IMG/VR virus record: IMGVR_UViG_3300027813_001600 | Span: 1 to 39,320 of that record | DNA length: 39,320 nucleotides | Source: a virus | Lineage: Duplodnaviria; Caudoviricetes | Reading direction: 5' to 3' (one strand) | In this document: piece by piece, positions 1-8,370 of the stretch | How the letters are laid out: every line of letters begins with the position of its first letter | Numbering within the stretch: the first letter of the stretch is position 1 | Position numbers and translations under genes: made by a program | Notes under the pieces: generated by a model | The model's database searches: none | Told to the model about the DNA's origin: nothing | Seen by the model: the letters and a program-made list of their open reading frames with translations, nothing else

Positions 1-1804
1 CAACTGTTTTACCTTTAACAGCCAAGTCATCTACTTTAAGGAACATAAAGTCATCTTTACATTGTTCAACTGTTGCACCTCCTACTAAGAGGACACATCC
101 GTATTCTTTACACTTGCTTTCAATTCTTGCGGCTGTGCTAACGGCGTCCCCGAGTACATCGTACGAATGTCTTGCGGTGCTACCCATTTCTCCAATATAG
201 CCAAGGCCGGTATTGATTCCTGCGCCCATTCCAACTGGTGGTCTTCCTTCTGGTGTAATAACTTCTTCATTGAACTTCTCCACTGCTTTAAGCATGTCTA
301 AGCCGCACTGTACTGCGGTCTTAGCGTGATTTACATCGTCTATGGGTGCGTTGTGTATGTGCATACTTGCATCCCCAATGTATTTAATAATCATTCCGTC
401 ACTGTCAAGTACAGGTTGCGTAATGCTGTCCATATACCCATTCATGATTTTAGTTAAGCCTTTAACGTCATCGCCGAAGCTTTCGCCTAATGGAGTAAAG
501 CCACGCAAGTCTGAGAATACAATTGAAACTTCTTTCTTCTGACCGTCTTTGATAAGTGCTGGGTTTTCTTGTAATAATTTAACTACAGTAGGACTAGCGT
601 ATCCGCCGAACTGTTTCTTAATTGCCTGCTTTTGAAAGTATTCACTTACAAAGCGATTAAAGATTGCATGTAGGCCAACTAGCACTACTGTTACTATTGG
701 CATAGTAACGTCTAGTAAGTACAAGTAATTTGTCCATGCATAAAAGGCAGCATAAACGAGTCCTCCCACAAACACAATTATTTTTATACCAACTAACCAG
801 TAAGGAGCAAAACGTGCAAGTAGCACAAGGGCTATGCCCAAGACTGCTGTTGTCACTAACTCCACTAAAGATGCCCAGAACGGACGTTGAATTTGATCAC
901 CGTCTATTACTGTTTGAAGGGATACTGCTGCTGGTATATAATTATGTCGTGGTCCGGTCGGACTAGCGATTAAAGCGCCTATGCCTTCTGCGGTCATGCC
1001 TATCATTACTGTTCTGCCTGCAAAGTTTGCAAACTGATCTTCATCCACAATACTAATTTCAGGAAACTGTTTGTTCCATCTTAGCCATATTTGTGCATTA
1101 GGATCTGTTTTAATAATAGGAAAGCCTTTAACACGTACTGCTTCAACTCCGCCTTCGTTAGCTTTAATTTGGTAACTTGGGTTCCCTGTTGCTGTACGTA
1201 TTACTTCCACTGCTAAAGCCGGATACGTATCCTCACCGATACGCATAAGGAGAGGTACTCTTCGTACTACCCCATCGATTTCTGTGAACGTGTTCAACAC
1301 GCCTACTCCATCTGCATTCTCTCCTAGCAACGGTATTGGTCCTAACATCCCTGGCCATTCAAACAAAAATGGTAAAGGATCACCAATCTTTGCAACTCCT
1401 CTCGGAACTGCATTGCGATTTGAACTTGACGTAGTTCCTGTTTGGGCAATTACTACGCCATTCCCTACAAGTGATTGAGCTAATGCTATGTCACCACCTA
1501 GTCTATCGTCTTCAGACATTAGAATAGGAAGTACAATAACCCCTACACCTGCTTCGCGGAGTTTCCAGATTATATCTGCGATAACGTCACGCTTCCAAGG
1601 CCACTGTCCGTACTTTTCAATGGCGGCTTCGTCGATAGTAACTATGCCAACATCTTGGGATAACACGGGCTCGTCGGTTTGTTGAAGCATATCAAATTGC
1701 TTGAGCCTAGCAGTTTCTGTTACAGAGCTATCGTTATAGTGTAACATAAACATAATAAGGGCTGTAATAAACGCTACAGTCCAGTGTGTGATATACTTGG
1801 TCAT
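1..1804 (-). CDS. CHASE2-domain membrane class III adenylate/guanylate cyclase (3' end outside window)
   Basis: Not in the ORF track; translated by hand from ATG 1804 (MTKYITHWTVAF...). CHASE2 motifs IVTIDEAAIEKYGQWPWKR and EIDGVVRRVPL, then about three TM helices, then cyclase motifs VSIVFSDLRGFT, IIKYIGDA, GAGINTG and YDVLGDAVSTAARIES. The frame stays open to position 2. Confidence 0.93.
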   Translation of the reverse strand, partial: MTKYITHWTVAFITALIMFMLHYNDSSVTETARLKQFDMLQQTDEPVLSQDVGIVTIDEAAIEKYGQWPWKRDVIADIIWKLREAGVGVIVLPILMSEDDRLGGDIALAQSLVGNGVVIAQTGTTSSSNRNAVPRGVAKIGDPLPFLFEWPGMLGPIPLLGENADGVGVLNTFTEIDGVVRRVPLLMRIGEDTYPALAVEVIRTATGNPSYQIKANEGGVEAVRVKGFPIIKTDPNAQIWLRWNKQFPEISIVDEDQFANFAGRTVMIGMTAEGIGALIASPTGPRHNYIPAAVSLQTVIDGDQIQRPFWASLVELVTTAVLGIALVLLARFAPYWLVGIKIIVFVGGLVYAAFYAWTNYLYLLDVTMPIVTVVLVGLHAIFNRFVSEYFQKQAIKKQFGGYASPTVVKLLQENPALIKDGQKKEVSIVFSDLRGFTPLGESFGDDVKGLTKIMNGYMDSITQPVLDSDGMIIKYIGDASMHIHNAPIDDVNHAKTAVQCGLDMLKAVEKFNEEVITPEGRPPVGMGAGINTGLGYIGEMGSTARHSYDVLGDAVSTAARIESKCKEYGCVLLVGGATVEQCKDDFMFLKVDDLAVKGKTV

Positions 1805-1853
1805 ATAGTATTTACCTGTCGTAAACTATTGTGTTCTGCGGATTGACCGTTAT

Positions 1854-2837
1854 TTATTGTTGTAGTATGGTTAAATTGCAACCACCGATAGCACTGCAAG
1901 TTCCGCTTACTGCTGCTCCGTCACTCATAGTGTGTGGTAGTGTGTAAGTTTGGCTAGTAGCGCCGTTTTGTGTTAGGTCAAAGTTCCAAGGTTGCGATCC
2001 ATCAAGTGCTACTCTAGCAGAATGATTGCCAGCACCATTTTGGAATATACTAGCAGAATGATCATTGCCAGTAATTTCTAAGTCTAAAAATTTATCACCA
2101 AGACCGTGTTGACGTATATCAACAGTATTACTATTTCCTGTTATAGTAACTATAGCCGCTTTATCGCCAGTGCCGTCGGTGTTGTTGCCTTTTTGTAATA
2201 TATCAACATCATTGCTGTTGCCAATTATAGTAGCTTCGATATATCCGTGCGAACCCGTAGCTAGATCCTGTTCAGAATCAAATGTATTAAGATTGCCGGC
2301 AATTGCTAAATTTAAATAACTTACGCCACCTGCTTGTATAATGTTTACTAGATTTTCATCACCAAATATGTTTGCTTCAACTGTATCACCAGCTCCTGAG
2401 TTGTATGCAGCTAATGCAGCATCTACTCTAGATTGCTGCGCTGTTGTTAGTGCGGTGCTCCCGTACACAGGAGTGGGTGCTGCTGGGGCAGTAAATGAAT
2501 ACCAAGCTCCTGATACTGGATAATCAGTATTGCCACTTGCATCCTCTGTATATAAAAATAGGTAGTCATTGCCATTACCGCCAACACCACTGACATATAA
2601 CACATCTCCTACTGTACAGCTTCCTGATGTGCAAGTAGCTGACCATCCAATAATTGAATTTCCTAAAGCTGATAGGTCAGCGTATGTTGTTGTATCATTA
2701 CCTTCATACACAAAGATGTAATCGCTACCCGCACCGCTTACATTCATTACAGGAGTATTGGTAGCAGCCATTACACTTGTGGCAAAACATAGTACTAATA
2801 ACGCACTACTCAAATTGCGTAATATTGATGACAACAT
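1854..2837 (-). CDS. Secreted curlin-repeat (CsgA/CsgB-like) protein with extra N-terminal domain
   Basis: Signal peptide (LLVLCFATSVMA). C-terminal repeats of the type I-x-G-x-x-N-x-V-x-I-x-Q-x-G (IIGNSNDVDILQKG, ITGNSNTVDIRQHG, ITGNDHSASIFQNG). Lies in the csgFG neighbourhood. Start could be 2849. Confidence 0.75.
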   Translation of the reverse strand: MLSSILRNLSSALLVLCFATSVMAATNTPVMNVSGAGSDYIFVYEGNDTTTYADLSALGNSIIGWSATCTSGSCTVGDVLYVSGVGGNGNDYLFLYTEDASGNTDYPVSGAWYSFTAPAAPTPVYGSTALTTAQQSRVDAALAAYNSGAGDTVEANIFGDENLVNIIQAGGVSYLNLAIAGNLNTFDSEQDLATGSHGYIEATIIGNSNDVDILQKGNNTDGTGDKAAIVTITGNSNTVDIRQHGLGDKFLDLEITGNDHSASIFQNGAGNHSARVALDGSQPWNFDLTQNGATSQTYTLPHTMSDGAAVSGTCSAIGGCNLTILQQ

Positions 2838-3930
2838 CTGAGCCTCCATCGTTAATCATAAGTGGCGCTATAATGCCATCTTGATCTATATTTACATAAC
2901 CGTATACATATCGTTCCATTCTAACTTGTACGACATGCGGCGGACGTTCAGCAAATAAGAATATACCTTCTTCATTGTAGCTGTACTGTATGTAGCTTTT
3001 AAACTGATGTATATTTGGCAACACAGGATCTATAGCTAGTTCATCGTCGGCTAACATATTAGTTAGGTCTAGAATATTATCAAGGAACTCAAAATCTAAA
3101 AAGTCAATGTCGAGCTCGCCATATGCTAACTCGTCTTCCATGTATTCTGTAATCAAGTCTTCAAACAAAAATGCATCATCTTCTAAGTAGCTAGCTTCTT
3201 TAGCTTGATCTATATACGCCATACCGCCGGGCAGTTCTTTTGGCGGACTAATGATAAGCATGTTATTGATGTTAGCTTCTGAAATTTTAATAATTCTAGG
3301 CTTAGTAGGCAAATTGCTAGCACTAGAAACAACCGTTGCTTGAAATGCTTCAGTTAACGTTACCATTCCAACTTCTGTCATAACATCAATTTCGCCAGTC
3401 CAGCACTTCGATGGGTCGCTTTTATCAGGACAACTTGGTAATAGAATAACAAGACTTCTTCCAATCTCGTCTACTGTCATAGTAAAGTCTGTACCGCGAA
3501 CACCGATAGTTGCAGTAGGTGTTTTTAGTACTACGTTTGCTCTATTATTTTTAGCTATGCCGCCTGACGCAAATCGTACTGTTCCCATAGCTACGTTCAT
3601 AGCCAGTTTACCAACTCCGGTAGCTGGGTCATATACAAAGTCGTCAATAACTAGTTTACTTTGTTGTGTGATGTTTACTTTAGTATCATCATCAAATGTA
3701 AGTTTTAGTTTAGCCTTAGATGTTGTAATGGTATCATCCATGTTAACACCAGTGCCTTCACCTACAACAATTGTATCCTTGTCTCTTAAAATACTTGCGT
3801 CTTGACCAATTTGTTGAGTAACTTCGCCAATCTTTGCTGCTGCGGCGATTGGCACAATAAAAAGGATTAATAGTATATAGTTAAGTAGCTTAGTTTTGAA
3901 TGATGTTAACAGCATTAGTCGACCCATCAA
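2806..3930 (-). CDS. FecR-domain periplasmic protein
   Basis: Signal peptide, then FecR-family motifs DTITT...LKLTFDDDTKVNITQQSKLVID and VVLKTPTATIGVRGTDF, then an acidic region. Exact start uncertain (3915-3930). Confidence 0.85.
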   Translation of the reverse strand: MMGRLMLLTSFKTKLLNYILLILFIVPIAAAAKIGEVTQQIGQDASILRDKDTIVVGEGTGVNMDDTITTSKAKLKLTFDDDTKVNITQQSKLVIDDFVYDPATGVGKLAMNVAMGTVRFASGGIAKNNRANVVLKTPTATIGVRGTDFTMTVDEIGRSLVILLPSCPDKSDPSKCWTGEIDVMTEVGMVTLTEAFQATVVSSASNLPTKPRIIKISEANINNMLIISPPKELPGGMAYIDQAKEASYLEDDAFLFEDLITEYMEDELAYGELDIDFLDFEFLDNILDLTNMLADDELAIDPVLPNIHQFKSYIQYSYNEEGIFLFAERPPHVVQVRMERYVYGYVNIDQDGIIAPLMINDGGSDVVINITQFE

Positions 3931-4537
3931 CGTTTAATGTAACTGCTGGAGTGTCTGATCCTGTTTGTGATAAGTTAACAATATTACTATCACTTTGTAT
4001 GTTTCCACCAATTGTAATGTTATTTACTGCTGTTGCTGCATCAGCACCTACTGCTACTTTATTACTGTCACCTGTAATAGCAACGTTAGTTGTAGTTGTG
4101 TTAACTTGTACACCGTTAGTACATGTTGCACTAACTGCTGCTCCTGCATTGGTTGCAATAGTTCCACATAGTGTCACTTCGTTACTGTCACCTGTAATTG
4201 CTGTTGTTAGTGTAGTATCGCTTGCTCCGTCAATTTGTACATCTAATATGTTAGATCCACCAGTTGCACTATAATTTAAAACGGTTCCGCTTGTACCTAC
4301 AGTTGTAGTAACATCTGCTGTGTTACCTGCACCTGTTTGTGTAATATCTACATCTGTGTTGTCACCTGTAATGGTACTTGCAGTAGTTGAATTACCTACT
4401 GTGTTTCCTGTGCCAGTCTGCGTGATATCGATGGTGGAGGTGGAACCTGCTTGTGTGATATAGACATCGCTTGCCTGTGCTGCACTTCCTAAAAGAATTG
4501 CCCCTAGTGTTACTATGACTAAAAATTTATTTGTCAT
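3890..4537 (-). CDS. Curlin-like beta-solenoid subunit (CsgA-like)
   Basis: Signal peptide (AAQA/SDVYITQ). T/G/N/Q-rich repeats IDITQTGTGN, ITGDNTDVDITQTGAGN, ITGDSNEV, ITGDSNKV. Good SD (GAGGGAG). Confidence 0.8.
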   Translation of the reverse strand: MTNKFLVIVTLGAILLGSAAQASDVYITQAGSTSTIDITQTGTGNTVGNSTTASTITGDNTDVDITQTGAGNTADVTTTVGTSGTVLNYSATGGSNILDVQIDGASDTTLTTAITGDSNEVTLCGTIATNAGAAVSATCTNGVQVNTTTTNVAITGDSNKVAVGADAATAVNNITIGGNIQSDSNIVNLSQTGSDTPAVTLNVDGSTNAVNIIQN

Positions 4538-4634
4538 TTACTTCTCCCTCATTCAATACATCTTTATCTTGCCCTCGATGTATTACAACTGTATTTACTC
4601 AATTTGGTGTAAATAATTTTACACCAACTTAATT

Positions 4635-5408
4635 CTATTCTTTAAATTTCCAAAGCTCGCGCTTTTCGCCTGCTTTTATTAATTCTACCACTGCCTGTTC
4701 TATTGCTACCCTTACTGCATAGTTTACAGGTTCGTTAATTGTATTGCCTGCTTCTGCCTCAAAAGAATTTGTGCCCATGTCAAAGAACTTAAACACTGTC
4801 ATGCTTGAGCCTGAACTAATAATAGTTTTAGTCACCGATGTACTTAGCAAAACTTCGCCTGTTTGTGTGCTTGTCATACGCATAGTTATTGTAACAACAT
4901 CTTGCCTATACTGTGTGCTAGGTCCTACTCCCAGATACCTAACTCCAGCACCGCCTGTTAGTACATTACTATCATAACCAATTATGCCACCTTCTATTAT
5001 TACGCCTGCAAACAACATAGGTTTTAACTCACGCTCGTCTCCTACACTTTGTCTTGCTTGTCGTATAATTTGACGCTCTTTTGTTAGATTGTCTAAGCCT
5101 ACACGTTCTACTACCTGAAACCAAGAACCTTTGCCGACTTCTTGTAATGCTTTAATTAACCAAACTTCTGAACCTTGTGTAACTGCTGTACTAATGTTAG
5201 CCATCTTGTCACTAGGTTTACGCTGTCCTGTTAAATCTTTAAATCCATACACTGCTGCTACTAGCTTACCTGTAGAAGGCGCACTAATAGTATGAAACTC
5301 TGTGTTAGTGTTTCTAACTAACACAGGTGGTTGAGGATCTGGAATGTCTACCATGCTCGCGCAGCCGCTTAAAAAAGTTAACGCTATAACTACTGCTATA
5401 ATTTTCAT
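4635..5408 (-). CDS. csgG: Curli secretion channel lipoprotein CsgG
   Basis: Lipobox FLSGC. Hallmark motifs AVYGFKDLTGQRKP, STAVTQG, WFQVVERVGLDNLTKERQIIR, IIEGGIIGYDSN, GGAGVRYLGVG, QYRQDVVT and NEPV. Confidence 0.96.
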   Translation of the reverse strand: MKIIAVVIALTFLSGCASMVDIPDPQPPVLVRNTNTEFHTISAPSTGKLVAAVYGFKDLTGQRKPSDKMANISTAVTQGSEVWLIKALQEVGKGSWFQVVERVGLDNLTKERQIIRQARQSVGDERELKPMLFAGVIIEGGIIGYDSNVLTGGAGVRYLGVGPSTQYRQDVVTITMRMTSTQTGEVLLSTSVTKTIISSGSSMTVFKFFDMGTNSFEAEAGNTINEPVNYAVRVAIEQAVVELIKAGEKRELWKFKE

Positions 5409-5872
5409 TAGAATGCAAACTCTCCAACAGGCACGTCAAACTCTGCTACTACATCACCATTACTGTCTGTAATGATAACATAAATTCTAGCATCAGTACC
5501 ACGTTTCCATTTAACATTGTCGCCAAATGGCGTTTCACTTTCGTACCAAGTGTCGTCTACAATAGTAGCGCCTTCGCCGAACATGTTATCCGCAATCTGT
5601 TTTGACAGTGTTGCGTAGATACGTGACTCTAAGTTGTTCTTAAATTTGTAGGCATTAGTCGACTTTAAGTCGCGCTCTGCCTTGTCTGCTGCTGATTTTT
5701 TATCGTCTTTAATCTTTTGTCTACGATTCTCTTCCAACTGCTCAATAGTTAAGATGTGACTACTATAACCGATGCCACTAAAAGCAGGACTGGTAAATGA
5801 GTGTACCAGGTCACTAGCACTAGCTGTGCTTACAGTTATAAATAGAAGTAGATAAGTAATTAGATATCGCAT
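5408..5872 (-). CDS. csgF: Curli assembly protein CsgF
   Basis: Signal peptide followed by the CsgF N-terminal peptide SDLVHSFTSPAFSG. Also has FKNNLESRIYATLSKQIADNMFG. Its stop overlaps the csgG start. Confidence 0.88.
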   Translation of the reverse strand: MRYLITYLLLFITVSTASASDLVHSFTSPAFSGIGYSSHILTIEQLEENRRQKIKDDKKSAADKAERDLKSTNAYKFKNNLESRIYATLSKQIADNMFGEGATIVDDTWYESETPFGDNVKWKRGTDARIYVIITDSNGDVVAEFDVPVGEFAF

Positions 5873-5908
5873 ACATATATTTATGTGAAATTGAGGGAAT
5901 GATTAAAA

Positions 5909-6187
5909 ATGTTAAAAATAAAACCAGAATCAAGCAATGAACAACAGCAGCGTATAAACGAGCAAGCATATTTCTTTGACATGTTTGAAGACATGTGGGG
6001 ATCACATGGAGAAGTGCTGCCTGAAGATATACAATATAGTCTATCTGCTGAACTGGAAGAACTAGAACGTGAGCGTATTATCAATGCACTTAAATTAGCA
6101 GTTGGCAATCAAACAAAAGCGGCTGTATTGTTAGACATAGGCCGCACTACGTTGCTTGCTAAGATGAAAAAGTATAACTTGAAGTAA
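5909..6187 (+). CDS. Stand-alone Fis-type HTH DNA-binding protein
   Basis: LEELERERIINALKLAVGNQTKAAVLLDIGRTTLLAKMKKY matches the HTH_8 domain at the C-terminus of NtrC-family activators. No AAA+ or receiver domain. Confidence 0.88.
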   Translation: MLKIKPESSNEQQQRINEQAYFFDMFEDMWGSHGEVLPEDIQYSLSAELEELERERIINALKLAVGNQTKAAVLLDIGRTTLLAKMKKYNLK

Positions 6188-6566
6188 CGCCCTTTTTATT
6201 GTAACTATATCTACGCTGTTTAAAGTCTCCGCTACGCTTGCCCTTCTCCTTGTGACAGATATCGCACAGCTCTTGTACGTTTTCTAGTATGTTGTTTAAA
6301 TGGTTACCATCTATGTGATCGATCTGTGTGTGACCGATGCACCATGTAGCGTTGGTATAATTTATAGGACACACAAACCCTAGATGCCCTATTGAGTTTG
6401 AACAAAAGCCTGTTCTAAACGGCGTTACACCTAGTGCAAACTTGCCTGCGCCGTATCCTGCTTTGTGGCAGTGGCCACATACTGGCCTCCACCTAGGTCC
6501 TGAACTTGCTACAGGCTTTGAACATCCAGTATTGATACAAGTAGGGCGAAAGAACTCTTCAGTCAT
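6159..6566 (-). CDS. HNH endonuclease-family protein
   Basis: QIDHIDGNHLNNILENVQELCDICH motif plus N-terminal Cys clusters. Likely start MTEEFF at 6566, with an AGGAG SD. Confidence 0.8.
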   Translation of the reverse strand: MTEEFFRPTCINTGCSKPVASSGPRWRPVCGHCHKAGYGAGKFALGVTPFRTGFCSNSIGHLGFVCPINYTNATWCIGHTQIDHIDGNHLNNILENVQELCDICHKEKGKRSGDFKQRRYSYNKKGVTSSYTFSS

Positions 6567-6684
6567 TGCGTTTACTCCTAAACATATCCCAGAACATCCA
6601 AAACAATGCACTAACTTGCATTAGTATTGCTCCGATGCCTACTCCGAGGAAAAAACAAAAGCCTACTTTGATTAAAAGTTCCAT
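6559..6684 (-). CDS. 41-aa membrane micropeptide
   Basis: Hand translation MELLIKVGFCFFLGVGIGAILMQVSALFWMFWDMFRSKRND*. SD AGGAGA; overlaps the HNH start. Confidence 0.6.
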   Translation of the reverse strand: MELLIKVGFCFFLGVGIGAILMQVSALFWMFWDMFRSKRND

Positions 6685-6770
6685 TACCTGTCTCCTACAT
6701 CTATACACATTATTATAATAGCAAATACTACAGGAATTGCAACCGCTATGATTATAAGTTCGTTAGTCAT
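6684..6770 (-). CDS. 28-aa single-TM micropeptide
   Basis: Hand translation MTNELIIIAVAIPVVFAIIIMCIDVGDR*. SD AAGGTGA; TAATG coupling to the next ORF. Confidence 0.55.
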   Translation of the reverse strand: MTNELIIIAVAIPVVFAIIIMCIDVGDR

Positions 6771-6873
6771 ATCTATCACCTTTGTTGTTTGTTACTATAC
6801 ATATAATATAGCATTACAGAGGTGAGAATACAACCTAGCAAAAGTAGGGGTTTAGATATAATAAGTAGGAGTG

Positions 6874-8352
6874 TTAGCCTTTTGGCATTGAAAATGCTAG
6901 TTTACCAAAGATTTTTGTACTAGCATAGTTTTTACCACCGTTGACTAATATTATTCCATCAAACTGTGGAGGGTAAACACTTTTAAAATTACCTACACTA
7001 ACAGTATTACCGCTATTAGTAACATTAGTATATACTTGTACAATACTTGACTGCTGCATGAAAGCCATCATACCTTCACCAAACTTAGGATCTGCATTTA
7101 GTTTAGCTGCTGCCATCTTAGCACAGTTTGTTACCATGTGGTAAAATAAATTATAATTAGGATGATCAAACTTTGCACCATACGCTTCACGTACTGTTAG
7201 TAATTCAGGATTGTTAAGTTTTTCTAAATCTTCTAATCCAAGTTTTGCTTGATTCTTAACACCTGTACTCCAAGGTAATTGTAATATTTGTTTTACAGTT
7301 TTTTCAGATATTAATTTTAGTGCTGCACATAACTTTGGAGGACCGTCTTCACCTGTTTCTTTTGCAATTAGTTCACATACTGATACTACTGTTTTGTGAG
7401 TTTCAAGTAGTTCCGGAGTTTGTTTACGTGCTTTGTTAATAGCGTCCATAATATTTTTCATACTAGCATCAGCACCGTTTTTACCTTTTGAACTAATACC
7501 AATTTCAAGTCCGTCTGCTCTAACAAATGCCGAATCAACTAATGCATGATTTTTACCTGATGGCCAATACAAGTCTAGGTCTGCCCAATCTACGTTTGGA
7601 ATAAGATCTTGTTTAGCTGCACGTATGCCTTCACCTACATCTGCTCCAGCCATAATGGCAATTGGTTGTAGTATCTCACCTGCATAATCTCTAATAGCAG
7701 TAGCAACTTCTCTTTGCCCTTCAAATGGTGCTGGTAGTATTCCTTTAGCAACTGATTCAAATCCTGCAAGTATTTCAGGTTTGTCTTTCAAGTTAATTCT
7801 AATATCTGCCATCAGGCCATCAATACCTTTGTATCTTTTTTCTTCTAAGCCTAAAATATCTTGTGGCATTAAACCTTGTTGTAGTTTAGTTGCGGCACCA
7901 GTTTGTACTCGATAGCCCATCATATACTTACTGTTCCAATTAGCAGGAAGTCCTGCTTGTCTTACTTGTTGAAAGTAACGTCCAAATATATGTGTAAATT
8001 TTGGTTTGTTCGCTTCAGGTGCTTTCTTATAAAAGTCATCTTCTTGATCTAATAGATAAGAAAGACCAAATGCTAAAGTTCCTGCTGTTGGATTGTTTGT
8101 CCATTGAATTGTTTTATTACTATCTTTGTTGATTATTGCAACAGCTTCATCTCTTAGTTCAGGTGTTGGATATTGACCGCTCCAAGTTCGGCCTTCGTGT
8201 TCAATAGGGTCAATTGGATATGCTGTAACATCAATAAATTCTAATTCGTGACCAGTGTCACCATGCTTAAACATTTGTCCTGGTTGTCTATTAAAGATGC
8301 CTGAGGCTTCATTTATTCTAGTTTCTACCAACTTAATTTCATTATACCGCAT
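6874..8352 (-). CDS. Hypothetical protein, possible virion-packaged PD-(D/E)XK-fold nuclease
   Basis: 492-aa ORF with TAAATA upstream (8377-8382). N-terminus MRYNEIKLVE. Segment LVDSAFVRADGLEIGISSK resembles a D...(I)SxK restriction-fold motif. Confidence 0.45.
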   Translation of the reverse strand: MRYNEIKLVETRINEASGIFNRQPGQMFKHGDTGHELEFIDVTAYPIDPIEHEGRTWSGQYPTPELRDEAVAIINKDSNKTIQWTNNPTAGTLAFGLSYLLDQEDDFYKKAPEANKPKFTHIFGRYFQQVRQAGLPANWNSKYMMGYRVQTGAATKLQQGLMPQDILGLEEKRYKGIDGLMADIRINLKDKPEILAGFESVAKGILPAPFEGQREVATAIRDYAGEILQPIAIMAGADVGEGIRAAKQDLIPNVDWADLDLYWPSGKNHALVDSAFVRADGLEIGISSKGKNGADASMKNIMDAINKARKQTPELLETHKTVVSVCELIAKETGEDGPPKLCAALKLISEKTVKQILQLPWSTGVKNQAKLGLEDLEKLNNPELLTVREAYGAKFDHPNYNLFYHMVTNCAKMAAAKLNADPKFGEGMMAFMQQSSIVQVYTNVTNSGNTVSVGNFKSVYPPQFDGIILVNGGKNYASTKIFGKLAFSMPKG

Positions 8353-8370
8353 AAGAGATCCTTGTTTCTT

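Noticed and set aside
85-1685. Short ORFs listed by the track in 85-1685
   Set aside because: They are shadows of the long minus-strand CHASE2-cyclase frame, which the track missed because its stop lies outside the window.
3890-4537. DNA-level tandem repeats or diversity-generating repeats (recurring gtcacctgtaat)
   Set aside because: These short recurrences simply encode the ITGD curlin repeat. No reverse transcriptase or TR/VR pair was seen.
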